Of a stretch of DNA of 64,000 nt, positions 7,250 to 17,584 are shown piece after piece. Both the position numbers and the translations under genes were made by a program. How positions within the stretch are numbered: position 1 is the stretch's first letter; every line of letters starts with the position of its first letter. The DNA comes from Desulfatiglandales bacterium (GTDB lineage: Bacteria > Desulfobacterota > DSM-4660 > Desulfatiglandales > Desulfatiglandaceae). Where the stretch lies: contig OY759599.1 in the NCBI GenBank assembly GCA_963662465.1, positions 6,624,001 to 6,688,000 on the forward strand, given 5' to 3'. The notes under the pieces are model-generated. The model had not been told where the DNA came from and made no database searches. It saw only the letters and a program-made list of their open reading frames with translations.

Positions 7250-8613
7250 GAGCGAATCTTCTGGACGATGTCTATGCCTCCACGGATCTGTCGGTGCGGA
7301 TGCCGAAAACCAAATTTCCCGAAGCTGAACACGACCCCCGTCACGTTTACCAGGTGGTGCATGATGAATTGATGCTGGACGGCAATTCCCGCCAGAACCT
7401 GGCGACCTTCTGTTCCACCTGGATGGAGCCGGAAATCTATCAGCTCATGGATGAGTGTATCGACAAGAACATGATCGACAAGGATGAGTATCCCCAGACC
7501 GCCGAGATCGAAGCCCGGTGTGTGCATATGCTGGCGGATTTGTGGCATTCGCCGGAGGCGGCCAACACCATGGGATGTTCCACTACCGGGTCCAGCGAAG
7601 CGGCCATGTTGGGTGGGATGGCCATGAAGTGGCGGTGGCGGGAGAAGATGCGTGCGCAAGGTAAGGCAACGGACAAACCCAATATGGTTTGCGGTCCGGT
7701 GCAGATCTGCTGGCACAAGTTCGCCCGTTACTGGGATGTGGAACTGCGGGAGATTCCCATGGAAAATGATCGCCTGATCATGACGCCTGAGGAGGTTGTC
7801 AAGCGCTGCGATGAAAACACCATCGGTGTGGTGCCCACCCTGGGGGTCACCTTTACCTGTCAGTATGAACCGGTCAAGGCCGTTGCCGATGCCCTGGAAC
7901 GGCTCCAAAAGGATACGGGCCTGGATATCCCCATCCATGTGGATGGGGCCAGCGGCGGGTTTTTGGCGCCTTTTGCCGATCCTGACCTGGAATGGGATTT
8001 TCGGGTGCCGCGGGTCAAATCCATCAACGCCTCCGGCCACAAGTTCGGTCTGGCGTCGTTGGGGGTCGGCTGGGTGGTCTGGCGAGACAAGGAAGATTTA
8101 CCCGATGATCTGATTTTCCGGGTCAACTATCTGGGGGGTAATATGGCCACCTTTGCCCTGAACTTTTCGCGACCCGGAGGACAGGTCGTTGCCCAGTATT
8201 ACAATTTCTTGCGACTGGGCAAAGAGGGCTACCGCAAGATTCACCAGGCCTGCTATGATACCGCCGCCTATCTGGCCGACGAGATTCGAAAGATGGGACC
8301 GTTCAACGTGATTTATGACGGTCGGGGCGGTATTCCGGCCCTCTGCTGGTCCTTGAAGGAGGGCGTTAATACGGGATTTTCCCTTTATGATCTTGCGGAC
8401 CGGTTGCGAAGTCGCGGGTGGCAGGTCCCGGCCTATTCCATGCCCGCCAACCGGGAGGATCTGGTGATCCAGCGCATTCTGGTGCGTCACGGCGTCAGCC
8501 GGGATCTGGGGGATCTGCTCATGGGCGATCTGCGGCGCTGCATCGATTACTTTGAGAAGAATCCGGTTAGTACGCCGCTGACCGAGGAGGCTGCCGGGGG
8601 CTATCGACATTGA
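7222..8613 (+). CDS. gadB: Glutamate decarboxylase (PLP-dependent)
   Basis: [38 protein letters not shown] and SGHK PLP-lysine motifs. Confidence 0.95.
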   Translation: MALHEKDTVRANLLDDVYASTDLSVRMPKTKFPEAEHDPRHVYQVVHDELMLDGNSRQNLATFCSTWMEPEIYQLMDECIDKNMIDKDEYPQTAEIEARCVHMLADLWHSPEAANTMGCSTTGSSEAAMLGGMAMKWRWREKMRAQGKATDKPNMVCGPVQICWHKFARYWDVELREIPMENDRLIMTPEEVVKRCDENTIGVVPTLGVTFTCQYEPVKAVADALERLQKDTGLDIPIHVDGASGGFLAPFADPDLEWDFRVPRVKSINASGHKFGLASLGVGWVVWRDKEDLPDDLIFRVNYLGGNMATFALNFSRPGGQVVAQYYNFLRLGKEGYRKIHQACYDTAAYLADEIRKMGPFNVIYDGRGGIPALCWSLKEGVNTGFSLYDLADRLRSRGWQVPAYSMPANREDLVIQRILVRHGVSRDLGDLLMGDLRRCIDYFEKNPVSTPLTEEAAGGYRH

Positions 8614-8650
8614 TGGTTTCACTGATGTCCTGAAGGAAAAGGAGACTGTT

Positions 8651-10282
8651 TTGTTTACGAAAAACGGGTGTTATGCGGTCTGTAACGGGATGAAGAACCG
8701 CGTGAAAAAGGTGTTTGCGGGTTTGACGGTCCTGGCCTGTGTTGTGGGGTTGGCCGGTGGGTGTCAATCCGTGGCGCAACAAGCGCCATTGACCCGGTTG
8801 TCCACGAGTACCGCTGTGCAACAAATGGCGCCGGCCCCTACTTTTGATAACAACCCCCAGCTGGATATGATTCTGACCAATGCCAGGCCCGTTCTTTCCA
8901 TCAAAAATCCGGTGGGGATGACGGACACTTACACCATCACCTATGAAATATCCCCTGACCCTCATTTTTCGCCTCATGAGACCATTGTCTATGAAGGGAT
9001 TCGGCAGCAAAACCGGTATATATCCGAGAAGCAGGTGGAATCTCGGCATCAACTGAAGGATCGCGTCTATTACTGGCGGGCAAAGACCGTTGACCATCAG
9101 GGGTGTGTCAGCGACTGGGTCAAGACGCGGTTTTATGTGGATGTCCAAAACTCCAGGACCTTCTCCGGTTATTTACGCGCCCCGGTTCAACATGTGAGTG
9201 CGTCAACCGGGGAAGACCCTGAAAATATCCTCGACTGGAGTGATCAGGGGCAGATCACCTACTGGAATAATTCCCCGCGTGCGGCAGACGAGCCTTTTTC
9301 CTGGGTGGTGCTGGATATGGGGCGAAAGACGCCCATCACTCGGTTTTGGATGCTCTCAACTCGACAGACCACGCCGGCTCCCGGCTGGTTGACCCATTTT
9401 ATGTGGCAGGGGAGTCATGATGGACGTACCTGGACCGATATCGAGGGAACTGAGAGCAAAAACAATGACACTTATCGAAATATCATCGATTTTAAGCCGG
9501 TGAATACCCGTTACTACCGCCTGCTGATCTATTTTCAGAATGCTCTGCAGGCACAAATCAATGCGATTATTCCCTATGTCAGGGGCGAGCCGGGGGTTCC
9601 GGATGTGCCCCATGGGGATTATGTGTTGATTATCGGCAATCAGATGAACGGGTTTACCTACACGCAGATTGCCAAATTTGTCGAAAGCAGAGGCTATCAG
9701 GCCGTTACGGTTCCCCACCAGGATATATCGCTACCGGTATTGCGTGCTTTAAAAAACAGACCCATGGCTATCATCTTCAGCGGCAACAATGCCGACTGGC
9801 AGTACCTGCCCCTGTTTGAGTTTTACGGCGAGTTTGAGGTTATCAGAAAAATTCATGATATCCCCATGATGGGGATCTGTGCCGGTCATGAATTTTATGC
9901 CATGGCCTACGGCATCAGCTTTGCTCACTGGATGGGTTGGTTTGACGATACCATGTTCCGCCTGACCCGGGGGGAGACGCCGGAAAAGGTGCGGATGATG
10001 CCTTCATTTGTGAATGATCCCATTTATGCGGGTGTGCCGAGTCCCTTCAGGGCCGTTGAAATTCATAGCTGGGCCATTAGTCCGCTTTTTCTTCAGGATG
10101 CGCGGTACCGGGAGTTCCACGTGACGGCCGAGACGTCTTATATTCAAGCCCTTAAAAGCACGAAACGCCCGGCATATTCCGCGCAGTTCCATGGTGCGGT
10201 GGTCAATGATTACAACCAAAGTGGGATGTATCTCTCCAACTTTCTGAAAATTGCGAAAGCGTACAAAGACAGGCATCCGTAA
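8651..10282 (+). CDS. Lipoprotein with FN3-like, discoidin (F5/8 type C) and class I glutamine-amidotransferase-like domains (alternative start ATG8690)
   Basis: LAGG-C lipobox-like site; YYWRAK..D...SDW (FN3-like); WVVLDMG...SHDGRTW...RYYRL (discoidin); GICAGHE and QFHG (GATase1). Confidence 0.8.
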   Translation: MFTKNGCYAVCNGMKNRVKKVFAGLTVLACVVGLAGGCQSVAQQAPLTRLSTSTAVQQMAPAPTFDNNPQLDMILTNARPVLSIKNPVGMTDTYTITYEISPDPHFSPHETIVYEGIRQQNRYISEKQVESRHQLKDRVYYWRAKTVDHQGCVSDWVKTRFYVDVQNSRTFSGYLRAPVQHVSASTGEDPENILDWSDQGQITYWNNSPRAADEPFSWVVLDMGRKTPITRFWMLSTRQTTPAPGWLTHFMWQGSHDGRTWTDIEGTESKNNDTYRNIIDFKPVNTRYYRLLIYFQNALQAQINAIIPYVRGEPGVPDVPHGDYVLIIGNQMNGFTYTQIAKFVESRGYQAVTVPHQDISLPVLRALKNRPMAIIFSGNNADWQYLPLFEFYGEFEVIRKIHDIPMMGICAGHEFYAMAYGISFAHWMGWFDDTMFRLTRGETPEKVRMMPSFVNDPIYAGVPSPFRAVEIHSWAISPLFLQDARYREFHVTAETSYIQALKSTKRPAYSAQFHGAVVNDYNQSGMYLSNFLKIAKAYKDRHP

Positions 10283-10375
10283 TCGGGAATTTTCCCTATG
10301 GAAAACTTCAATGAAAAAAATGCGGTTCTTATGATATAAAAGAAGAGCAACTGCAGCTCTTTATTAAGGGGGACC

Positions 10376-11968
10376 ATGATGGCGGTGCAACGCTTTTTCA
10401 ATACGGAAGGGCCGGTCAACTGTGATGATCACTACTGCCTGGCGCCTCTGGAACGGATTCAACTTTTCGATATCCTGGGGCTTATTGCACAGAAGAAATA
10501 TTTTGTATTGCACGCCCCCCGGCAGACGGGGAAAACCTCCTGCCTGCTGGCGCTGATGGATTACCTTAACCGGCAGGGGGTCTATACCTGCCTTTACATG
10601 AATGCGGAAAAGGGACAGTCGGCCCGGGAGGATGTGACAAGGGGCATGCGGGCGGTGGTGGGAGATTTGGCATCCAGGGCACGGGACTTTCTGCATGATG
10701 ACTTCCCAGTGAAACATATGAACTCAATCCGGGAGGAGTGGGGGGAAGACAGCGTCTTCAGCGAACTGTTGAGCCAGTGGAGTGAACGACTGGACAAGAA
10801 GCTTGTGCTGTTCATCGATGAGGTGGACACGCTGATCGGAGACACGTTGATTTCCCTGCTTCGGCAGATTCGGGCCGGCTATGATAAACGACCCGGCCAT
10901 TTTCCCCAGTCAATCATTCTGTGCGGTGTTCGGGATGTGCGGGACTACCGGATCCATTCCGCCAGGGAAAAAGCCGTGATAACAGGCGGAAGCGCCTTCA
11001 ACATCAAGGCCAAGTCTCTGCGGCTGGGAGACTTTCACCGGGAAGGGATGGTATCTCTTTACCGACAGCATACGGAGGAAACCGGTCAGATTTTTGAACC
11101 GGATGCCTTGTTCCTGGCATGGGACCTGACCCAGGGGCAACCCTGGCTGGTGAATGCATTGGCCTATGAGACTTGTTTTGAGATGGAAGCGGGAAGAGAT
11201 CGCCAACGCCCCATCACCCGCGAAATGATTGAAGACGCCAAGGAAGCCCTGATTCAGAATCGCGCCACCCACCTGGATCAACTGGCCGATAAACTCCAGG
11301 AAGAGCGGGTAAGAAGCGTGGTTTCAAAGATCCTGTCAGGCCTGGAGTCCCCAAAGACAATTCCTGAAGACGATGTTCAATATGTGAGGGATCTGGGCTT
11401 GATAAGGGTGTCGTCAGGCCAGATGGAAATTGCCAATCCCATTTACCGGGAAATCATTCCCAGACAACTCACCTACAGCACCCAGCTCACCATCTCCCAG
11501 CAGGCCGCATGGTATGTGGAACCGGACGGTCGGCTGAACATGAAGAAGCTTCTTTCGGCGTTTCAGGAATTCTTCCGGGAGCATTCAGAACACTGGCTGG
11601 AGCGGTTTCAATATAAAGAAGCCGGTCCTCAGCTACTGATGCAGGCTTTTCTGCAACGGATCATCAACGGCGGTGGACGGGTGGAACGGGAGTACGGTTT
11701 GGGACGCATGCGGACCGACCTGTTGGTGGTATGGCCGTTCCAAGGCGGTATGCAGAAGGTGGTGATCGAACTCAAGGTGCTTCATAAGACCCTGGAGAAG
11801 ACCATTTTTAATGGCCTCTCCCAGACTCACGCCTACATGGACCGGTGCGGAACCTCCGAAGGGAACCTGGTGATCTTTGATCGGAATCCTGATCGGACAT
11901 GGGAGGAAAAGATATTTGTTCGAGAAAAAGAATATGAGGGTAAGAAAGTCACGGTTTGGGGGATGTGA
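10376..11968 (+). CDS. AAA-like P-loop ATPase with a C-terminal PD-(D/E)XK-like domain
   Basis: Walker A HAPRQTGKTS, Walker B LFIDEVD, SAFNIK; C-terminal REYGLGRMRTDL...VVIELK. Confidence 0.85.
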   Translation: MMAVQRFFNTEGPVNCDDHYCLAPLERIQLFDILGLIAQKKYFVLHAPRQTGKTSCLLALMDYLNRQGVYTCLYMNAEKGQSAREDVTRGMRAVVGDLASRARDFLHDDFPVKHMNSIREEWGEDSVFSELLSQWSERLDKKLVLFIDEVDTLIGDTLISLLRQIRAGYDKRPGHFPQSIILCGVRDVRDYRIHSAREKAVITGGSAFNIKAKSLRLGDFHREGMVSLYRQHTEETGQIFEPDALFLAWDLTQGQPWLVNALAYETCFEMEAGRDRQRPITREMIEDAKEALIQNRATHLDQLADKLQEERVRSVVSKILSGLESPKTIPEDDVQYVRDLGLIRVSSGQMEIANPIYREIIPRQLTYSTQLTISQQAAWYVEPDGRLNMKKLLSAFQEFFREHSEHWLERFQYKEAGPQLLMQAFLQRIINGGGRVEREYGLGRMRTDLLVVWPFQGGMQKVVIELKVLHKTLEKTIFNGLSQTHAYMDRCGTSEGNLVIFDRNPDRTWEEKIFVREKEYEGKKVTVWGM

Positions 11969-12165
11969 AGAGAGGCAATTTACGCCTCGATCAAACCGTC
12001 GATATCGAAGTTGTGGGGGGTTATGTGGTTTTGTCTCCAACCCAAAAACCGGTCGAATATTCTCTGGATGAATTGTTAGCGCAATGTAATGGGGATACCA
12101 TGGCGTTGGATGAAGAGGACGAAGAATGGTTGCGTGAAGAACCGGTTGGCAGAGAGATATTTTGA
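11969..12165 (+). pseudogene. mazE: MazE/AbrB antitoxin, 5'-truncated
   Basis: VDIEVVGGYVVLSP...YSLDELLAQC...EEWLREEPVGREIF; the N-terminal KWGNS motif is missing. Confidence 0.75.
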
Positions 12166-12312
12166 AAAGAGCAACCTCAAAATATATTCCACGGCGCGGC
12201 GACATCGTGTGGGTGGATTTTAATCCCGTAAGAGGACACGAGCAGAATGGATTTTATTGCAAGGGGGATAACATTTGCTGAAAAAGCGCCTGAATCGGTG
12301 TCGGATGAGTAG
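12162..12312 (+). pseudogene. mazF: MazF/PemK toxin, internally deleted
   Basis: TTG overlaps the mazE stop. YIPRRGDIVWVDFNPVRGHEQ jumps out of frame to the C-terminal DFIARGITFAEKAPESVSDE*. Confidence 0.8.
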
Positions 12313-12336
12313 GTTATCCTCGATTTCTGAGAAGTC

Positions 12337-13143
12337 ATGAGACTTGTTAAAAGCTGTAAATTCGGGGATGTGAAAGCATATGAACTGGGCTGCTCTCCTG
12401 TAGGCCAACCCATCATGACAGTCCACATTTTTGTGGTGGATGATGTAATGGTGGATACCGGCTTGCGGCACATGCAGCGGGAAGTGCTTGAAATTGCCGG
12501 GGCTGCTCATATTCGAAGGGCTGTTCTGACCCATCATCATGAGGACCACAGCGGAAATGCCGCGGCCCTGAAGCATGCCTTTGGTGTTTCCGTCTATGGA
12601 CATCCTTTGACGGTTTCAAAAATGAAGACGGCGTTTCGCATTCTTCCCTACCAGTATTATATGTGGGGTAAATCCGTTCCCCTTGAGATGGCGGTGATTC
12701 CGGAAGTCATGGAAACGGCCAATTTCAGGCTTAAGGCCATCCACACGCCCGGGCATTCCAGGGATCATGTGGTTTACCATGAACCCAACAGGGGCATTAT
12801 TTTTTCAGGCGATCTGTACCTTTCAGACAGAATTAAATATTTCAGGGCTGACGAGATGATTTCAGATCAGATTGAATCTCTCAAAAAAATCCTTGCTTTG
12901 GATTTCGATGCGGTTTTATGCAATCATCATCCGAAACCCACAAAGGGAAAAGAGCGAATCGCCAAAAAATTGCGGTTTCTGGAAGATCTGTATGGCGGTA
13001 TCAGGCGTCTCTGGGAAAAAGGATACCCGGAAAATCGAATATTTCATGAACTGGGGCTGAAAGAACAGCATTTTGTTAAATGGTTTTGTTTTGGAAATGT
13101 AAGCATGAGAAACGTCGTGCGGTCTGCCATTCGATCATTTTAA
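12337..13143 (+). CDS. MBL-fold metallo-hydrolase
   Basis: VDTG, THHHEDHSG, HTPGHS, FSGD motifs. Confidence 0.9.
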   Translation: MRLVKSCKFGDVKAYELGCSPVGQPIMTVHIFVVDDVMVDTGLRHMQREVLEIAGAAHIRRAVLTHHHEDHSGNAAALKHAFGVSVYGHPLTVSKMKTAFRILPYQYYMWGKSVPLEMAVIPEVMETANFRLKAIHTPGHSRDHVVYHEPNRGIIFSGDLYLSDRIKYFRADEMISDQIESLKKILALDFDAVLCNHHPKPTKGKERIAKKLRFLEDLYGGIRRLWEKGYPENRIFHELGLKEQHFVKWFCFGNVSMRNVVRSAIRSF

Positions 13144-13204
13144 GCGATGCCATTTCGAGCGCCTATAAAGGGCGGGATTATTAGATTAAAAAGGAGATAG
13201 GATT

Positions 13205-14764
13205 ATGGGTCTGAATGAATTGCTTCCCAAGGCGGTTCGTCTTTATCCTGAAAAAGAGGCTGTGGTGTGCGGTGAACTGCGCATGACTTATGGACAGTTT
13301 GCCAAAAGGGTCTGGCGGTTGGCCCATGGGTTGCTGGATTTGGGCATTGGGCAAAACGACCGGGTTGCCATGCTGCATGAAAATACCCATGAGTTTCTCG
13401 AAGTCTATTTTGCGGCCGCCCACCTGGGCATCATTCTGGTGCCGCTCAACTACCGGCTTTCGGCCAAAGAGCTTGCGGGTATTTTAAACGACAGCGAATC
13501 CCGCATGTTGATTGCGCAAGGGGTTTTTTATGAAAAAGCCGTTGACCTTCCAGGCGCTGTGCCAACCCTTGAGAAGATCATCTGGACCAGAAGGGATTCC
13601 AAACCCGGGATTGAGGGAAGCCCGGATTATGAAACCCTTCTCAAAAGTCATCCCAATGAATCGCCCCCGTCCCCTGACATACGGGATGATGATGTGGCCC
13701 ACCTCTACTACACCAGCGGCACCACGGGGCGTCCGAAGGGTGTTATGCTGACCCATCAGAACGTCAAGAGCCACGCCCTGGGAACCATCGCGGAACTGCA
13801 TTTGACGGATCGGGACCGGTGGTTTCATGTGGCCCCGCTTTTCCACCTGGCGGATGCCTGGGCCACCTTTGCGTTGACATGGGTGGGCGGAAAACATGTG
13901 CTTCTGCCTGCCTTTGATGCACTGTCCGTGTGCCGTCTGATCCAGGAAGAACAAATTACCCTCAGCAATCTGATTCCCACCATGCTCAACATGATGGTGA
14001 ACCATCCCGACGTGGGGAAATTCGATTATGCCGGCCTGCGGGTGGTGTTAAGCGGCGGTGCGCCCATAGCGCCCGAGACCGTGCGAAAAATTGTGGATGC
14101 CTTTGGATGCGATTACATTCAAACCTACGGCATGACCGAAACCAGTCCTTATCTGACCCTCTCCATTTTGAAAGATCACCTGAAAACCCTTTCTCCTGAA
14201 GAACAGCTCAGGTTCAAGGCCAAGACCGGGAGGGAATTTATCGGTGTCAGTCTTCGCGTGGTGGACGAAGAGGGGAACGACGTGGCCATGGACGAAAAGC
14301 AGGTGGGTGAGATCATCGTGAAAGGGGATACGGTGACGCCGGGGTACTGGCGTCTGCCGGATGAGACAACAAAGGCCATTCGGGACGGATGGTTGTATAC
14401 CGGGGATCTGGCGGTCATGGATGCGGAGCGGTATGTGAACATCGTGGATCGCAAAAAGGATATGATCCTCACGGGGGGTGAAAACGTCTATTCATCGGAG
14501 GTGGAAAACGTTCTTTACTCCCACCCGGATGTGCTGGAAGCAGCGGTTATTGGGGTTCCGGACAACCATTGGGGAGAAGCGGTCAAGGCTTGCGTGGTGC
14601 TGAAGGAAGGGTGTTCGGCAACCGAGGAAACGATTATTGCCTACTGCCGAAAGGATCTGGCGGGGTATAAAACCCCCAAGAGCGTGGATTTTTTGGAGGC
14701 CCTCCCCAAGACCGGTTCCGGAAAAATCTTTAAAAAAGGGCTCAGATCACCCTATCTAAAATAA
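13205..14764 (+). CDS. Long-chain-fatty-acid/acyl-CoA ligase (AMP-binding)
   Basis: YTSGTTGRPKG, YGMTETSP, WLYTGD, DRKKDMI, PKTGSGK. Confidence 0.93.
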   Translation: MGLNELLPKAVRLYPEKEAVVCGELRMTYGQFAKRVWRLAHGLLDLGIGQNDRVAMLHENTHEFLEVYFAAAHLGIILVPLNYRLSAKELAGILNDSESRMLIAQGVFYEKAVDLPGAVPTLEKIIWTRRDSKPGIEGSPDYETLLKSHPNESPPSPDIRDDDVAHLYYTSGTTGRPKGVMLTHQNVKSHALGTIAELHLTDRDRWFHVAPLFHLADAWATFALTWVGGKHVLLPAFDALSVCRLIQEEQITLSNLIPTMLNMMVNHPDVGKFDYAGLRVVLSGGAPIAPETVRKIVDAFGCDYIQTYGMTETSPYLTLSILKDHLKTLSPEEQLRFKAKTGREFIGVSLRVVDEEGNDVAMDEKQVGEIIVKGDTVTPGYWRLPDETTKAIRDGWLYTGDLAVMDAERYVNIVDRKKDMILTGGENVYSSEVENVLYSHPDVLEAAVIGVPDNHWGEAVKACVVLKEGCSATEETIIAYCRKDLAGYKTPKSVDFLEALPKTGSGKIFKKGLRSPYLK

Positions 14765-14771
14765 GGAGTTT

Positions 14772-16112
14772 TCATTTCACCCTGAACAAATCCATGTCAA
14801 AATCCGGTTTCTCTTCATATTTTTTCATAAAGAATGCCGGAAAATGCTCCTTGGCCGCGAGGATATCGGGACTGATGGGAATGCCCGCATTTTGAAAGAC
14901 TTCCACAATCTGCGTCGTGGAAGGGGGACAACCCTTTACGGCGAACATCTCCCGGATATCCGGATGGCTCTTGTTGGCCTGATACATACACTTGCCGATA
15001 AGGATGGTCTTCTTTTTCCCGGGGGTGGGCGTCATGATTTTTCCGGTCAGCACCTCTATGTCGTCCCACGGTTTGCCCTTCCAGGATTGGGCGATGGCCG
15101 TCAGGATCATGCCATTTAAAAGAGAACAATAGGTACACATGGAATGATCATATTTGCGAAAACTCAACCCCTGGATTCCCATTCGTTTCATGGGAACCGG
15201 GAGGGCCTGGGATTCGTCCGGGGTATAGGGAAAATTGTAATGATGTTTTGATGCCACCGCTTGAATTTTTTCTCCCACCACGTCTGTGTCCGAGAGATCA
15301 ATGGGTCTGCCGGCATCATGGGCTATTTGAACCAGATAGGGTATTTCCGCCGGCTCATAACCGAGTACCCGTGCCCCCACCTTGTCGGCGGAAAGCACAT
15401 CCCGCGAGCCGATGAGCAGGTTTTCACGCCTGATTTTTCCATCGAAGCCGGGGCCCCTTTCATTGGTATAAATGCCGTCAATGAGGGTAAATCCCGTTGG
15501 CAGGACTTCCTGAAATCTGGCGATCATGTAATGGAGGTCTTTTTCAATGTCCGCACTGTGGCATTTTTTTCGAGAATCGATATCCAGGGTCCCTTTGAGA
15601 TTCTTAATTCCCAAAGAGACCACCGTTTGGGCGTGGGTTTTGAGAACTGGAATATTGACGACAAAGTCTGACTTCAGGAAGTCCGTGCTGAAATTAAGCG
15701 TTGTGCCGTCGCGAAACGCCACTTTTTCATAGGGTCGTTCAAAGAGGTTCACCACGCTGATGCCGTACTTCTTTTTCAGGGTGTTGTAGCCGAGGGTCTC
15801 AAAGGCATGAGCGGGTGTTTTCCTGTCCCGTGGGTCAAAAAGTACGATCCCTTCGCCAATGCATATTTTTTCGATGCCGCGTTCCTTGAGCAGGATGACC
15901 ATGTCTTCCACCACCCGGCTCGTGGTAATGACGCCATAGGCGGGAAAGGTTCCGAATCGGGTCCAGAAAACGATGTTGGGTTTGATAAAAACGCACACGT
16001 TTGAGGGAAGAGCATCGAGTCCCTGGCTGAGATCAACCGCTTTTCTTACACTATCCAGTGGCTTTTCATAACGTACAATGGAAACGGTTTGTTTTTTTGA
16101 ATCTGACTTCAT
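14772..16112 (-). CDS. DUF362 domain protein
   Basis: VFIKPN, NIPVLKTH...SLGIKNLKG, IDGI..ERGP; Cys-containing C-terminal extension (CTYC, KGCPP). Confidence 0.8.
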   Translation of the reverse strand: MKSDSKKQTVSIVRYEKPLDSVRKAVDLSQGLDALPSNVCVFIKPNIVFWTRFGTFPAYGVITTSRVVEDMVILLKERGIEKICIGEGIVLFDPRDRKTPAHAFETLGYNTLKKKYGISVVNLFERPYEKVAFRDGTTLNFSTDFLKSDFVVNIPVLKTHAQTVVSLGIKNLKGTLDIDSRKKCHSADIEKDLHYMIARFQEVLPTGFTLIDGIYTNERGPGFDGKIRRENLLIGSRDVLSADKVGARVLGYEPAEIPYLVQIAHDAGRPIDLSDTDVVGEKIQAVASKHHYNFPYTPDESQALPVPMKRMGIQGLSFRKYDHSMCTYCSLLNGMILTAIAQSWKGKPWDDIEVLTGKIMTPTPGKKKTILIGKCMYQANKSHPDIREMFAVKGCPPSTTQIVEVFQNAGIPISPDILAAKEHFPAFFMKKYEEKPDFDMDLFRVK

Positions 16113-16615
16113 GGGGTTGCTCCCTTGAAATGTTCAAACATGGTCAGCATTTCCTCTTTCAGGCTTTGGGAGACGGAAGAAAGCTGATGCTCAGCCAACA
16201 TCACGAACTCACCGCGGCTTCTGACCAGAAGTTTTCCTTCCGTGTCTACAATTTCGCCTTTGACCTCAATTCTTGAGTTGCCCGGTTCATCCAGGATCTT
16301 TCCCCGTGCGGTCAACGGTATTTGCAGGGGAACCGGTTTAATGTACTTGATTTCCATTTTCCGGGTGACCAGGAATGTTCGTTTGAAATAGAGTACGGTC
16401 CAGGACATGACTTCATCCAGGAGTGTTGACAGGATGCCCCCGTGGGCCATGTTTTCCCAGCCTTCATGGTTTCTTTCAAGCGTAATGTCCGAGCAGACCA
16501 TATCTTCCATGCGGTAAAAGCCCATGTTCAGGCCGATGGGATTGTCGGTACCGCAAGCGAAACAATGGTGTCCTTGAAGTTTCCGGATAGGAACCCGGTT
16601 TTCATCTTTGTTCAT
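16109..16615 (-). CDS. PaaI-family thioesterase (hotdog fold)
   Basis: CFACGTDNPIGL, HGGILSTLLDE. Confidence 0.9.
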   Translation of the reverse strand: MNKDENRVPIRKLQGHHCFACGTDNPIGLNMGFYRMEDMVCSDITLERNHEGWENMAHGGILSTLLDEVMSWTVLYFKRTFLVTRKMEIKYIKPVPLQIPLTARGKILDEPGNSRIEVKGEIVDTEGKLLVRSRGEFVMLAEHQLSSVSQSLKEEMLTMFEHFKGATP

Positions 16616-16758
16616 ACGTGAGCCCCGTTTGGGCTTGGTCCGTTTTGGATCAGGCCAACATAATAATGGTATAAGGTTTTTTTCCGTCGCCCCCTTTTAA
16701 CGTTAGGCACTCGATAAAGTCAAGAATGCATAAAATTCATTCTGAGCGAGTATTGATG

Positions 16759-17580
16759 TTAGCTTTTTTCCGCCAGGATGGTATACCAGGTCATGTTATG
16801 ATCCCATTCCCTTAGGGTTTGATATCCCAGGTTTTTCAACTGTGTTTTGAGGTCTCTGGATTGGCTCCGCATTTGCCCTGAAACGATCAGGGTTTGCGGT
16901 TTGGCGGGAGTATTTTTTTTCAGGAAATCTCGAATCACGTCATGCTGGATATTGGCGACCACCAGGTCCGCGTTTTCTTTCGCAAAATCTTCCGCTTTTC
17001 CCTGAACCGCGTGCATCCGGTTTTCCAGACCATTTAGCGCAATGTTTCCGGCAGCGGTTTTGACGCACAGAGGGTTGAAGTCCACGGCCAGAGCCGATTT
17101 GGCGCCCAACAAAACCGCGGCGATGGCTAGAATTCCGGTTCCCGTCCCCAAATCAAGCACATGGTCCATATTGGATTGCTCCGCCACAATGGAAAGCGCC
17201 TCCAGGCAGGTCCGGGTTGTGGGATGCAGGCAGTTGCCGAATACCACCCCGGGATCCAGTAGAATTTTGATGTATCCTTCATGCGCCGGGCTTTCCAGCC
17301 AGGGTGGGACTACCAGGAACGGCTCGATTTTCAGGGTGTCCAACCCCCCGCCCTGCCAGTCTTCATAGGTGAAATGATAGTGGTCCTCAAGGTGGAGTTC
17401 CCGTCGATGGTTTAGCAGTCGCGTTATCTGTTCTTCAGCCGGGGCTTCAAAGAAGAGAAACGCACTGTCTTCTTCCACCCAGTTCCCGATGAAGTCGTCG
17501 CCGAGTGCGGTTTCATCCGCCTCCGTTAATGTACCGCTTACCAGATAGATATGGAGATTTTCGTAAGGCTTTGAAACCAT
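16759..17580 (-). CDS. prmA: Ribosomal protein L11 methyltransferase (PrmA)-like SAM methyltransferase
   Basis: LDPGVVFGNCLHPTT, VLDLGTGTGILA, DLVVANI; start chosen at ATG17580 behind AGAGGAAGG. Confidence 0.75.
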   Translation of the reverse strand: MVSKPYENLHIYLVSGTLTEADETALGDDFIGNWVEEDSAFLFFEAPAEEQITRLLNHRRELHLEDHYHFTYEDWQGGGLDTLKIEPFLVVPPWLESPAHEGYIKILLDPGVVFGNCLHPTTRTCLEALSIVAEQSNMDHVLDLGTGTGILAIAAVLLGAKSALAVDFNPLCVKTAAGNIALNGLENRMHAVQGKAEDFAKENADLVVANIQHDVIRDFLKKNTPAKPQTLIVSGQMRSQSRDLKTQLKNLGYQTLREWDHNMTWYTILAEKS

Positions 17581-17584
17581 GTTG

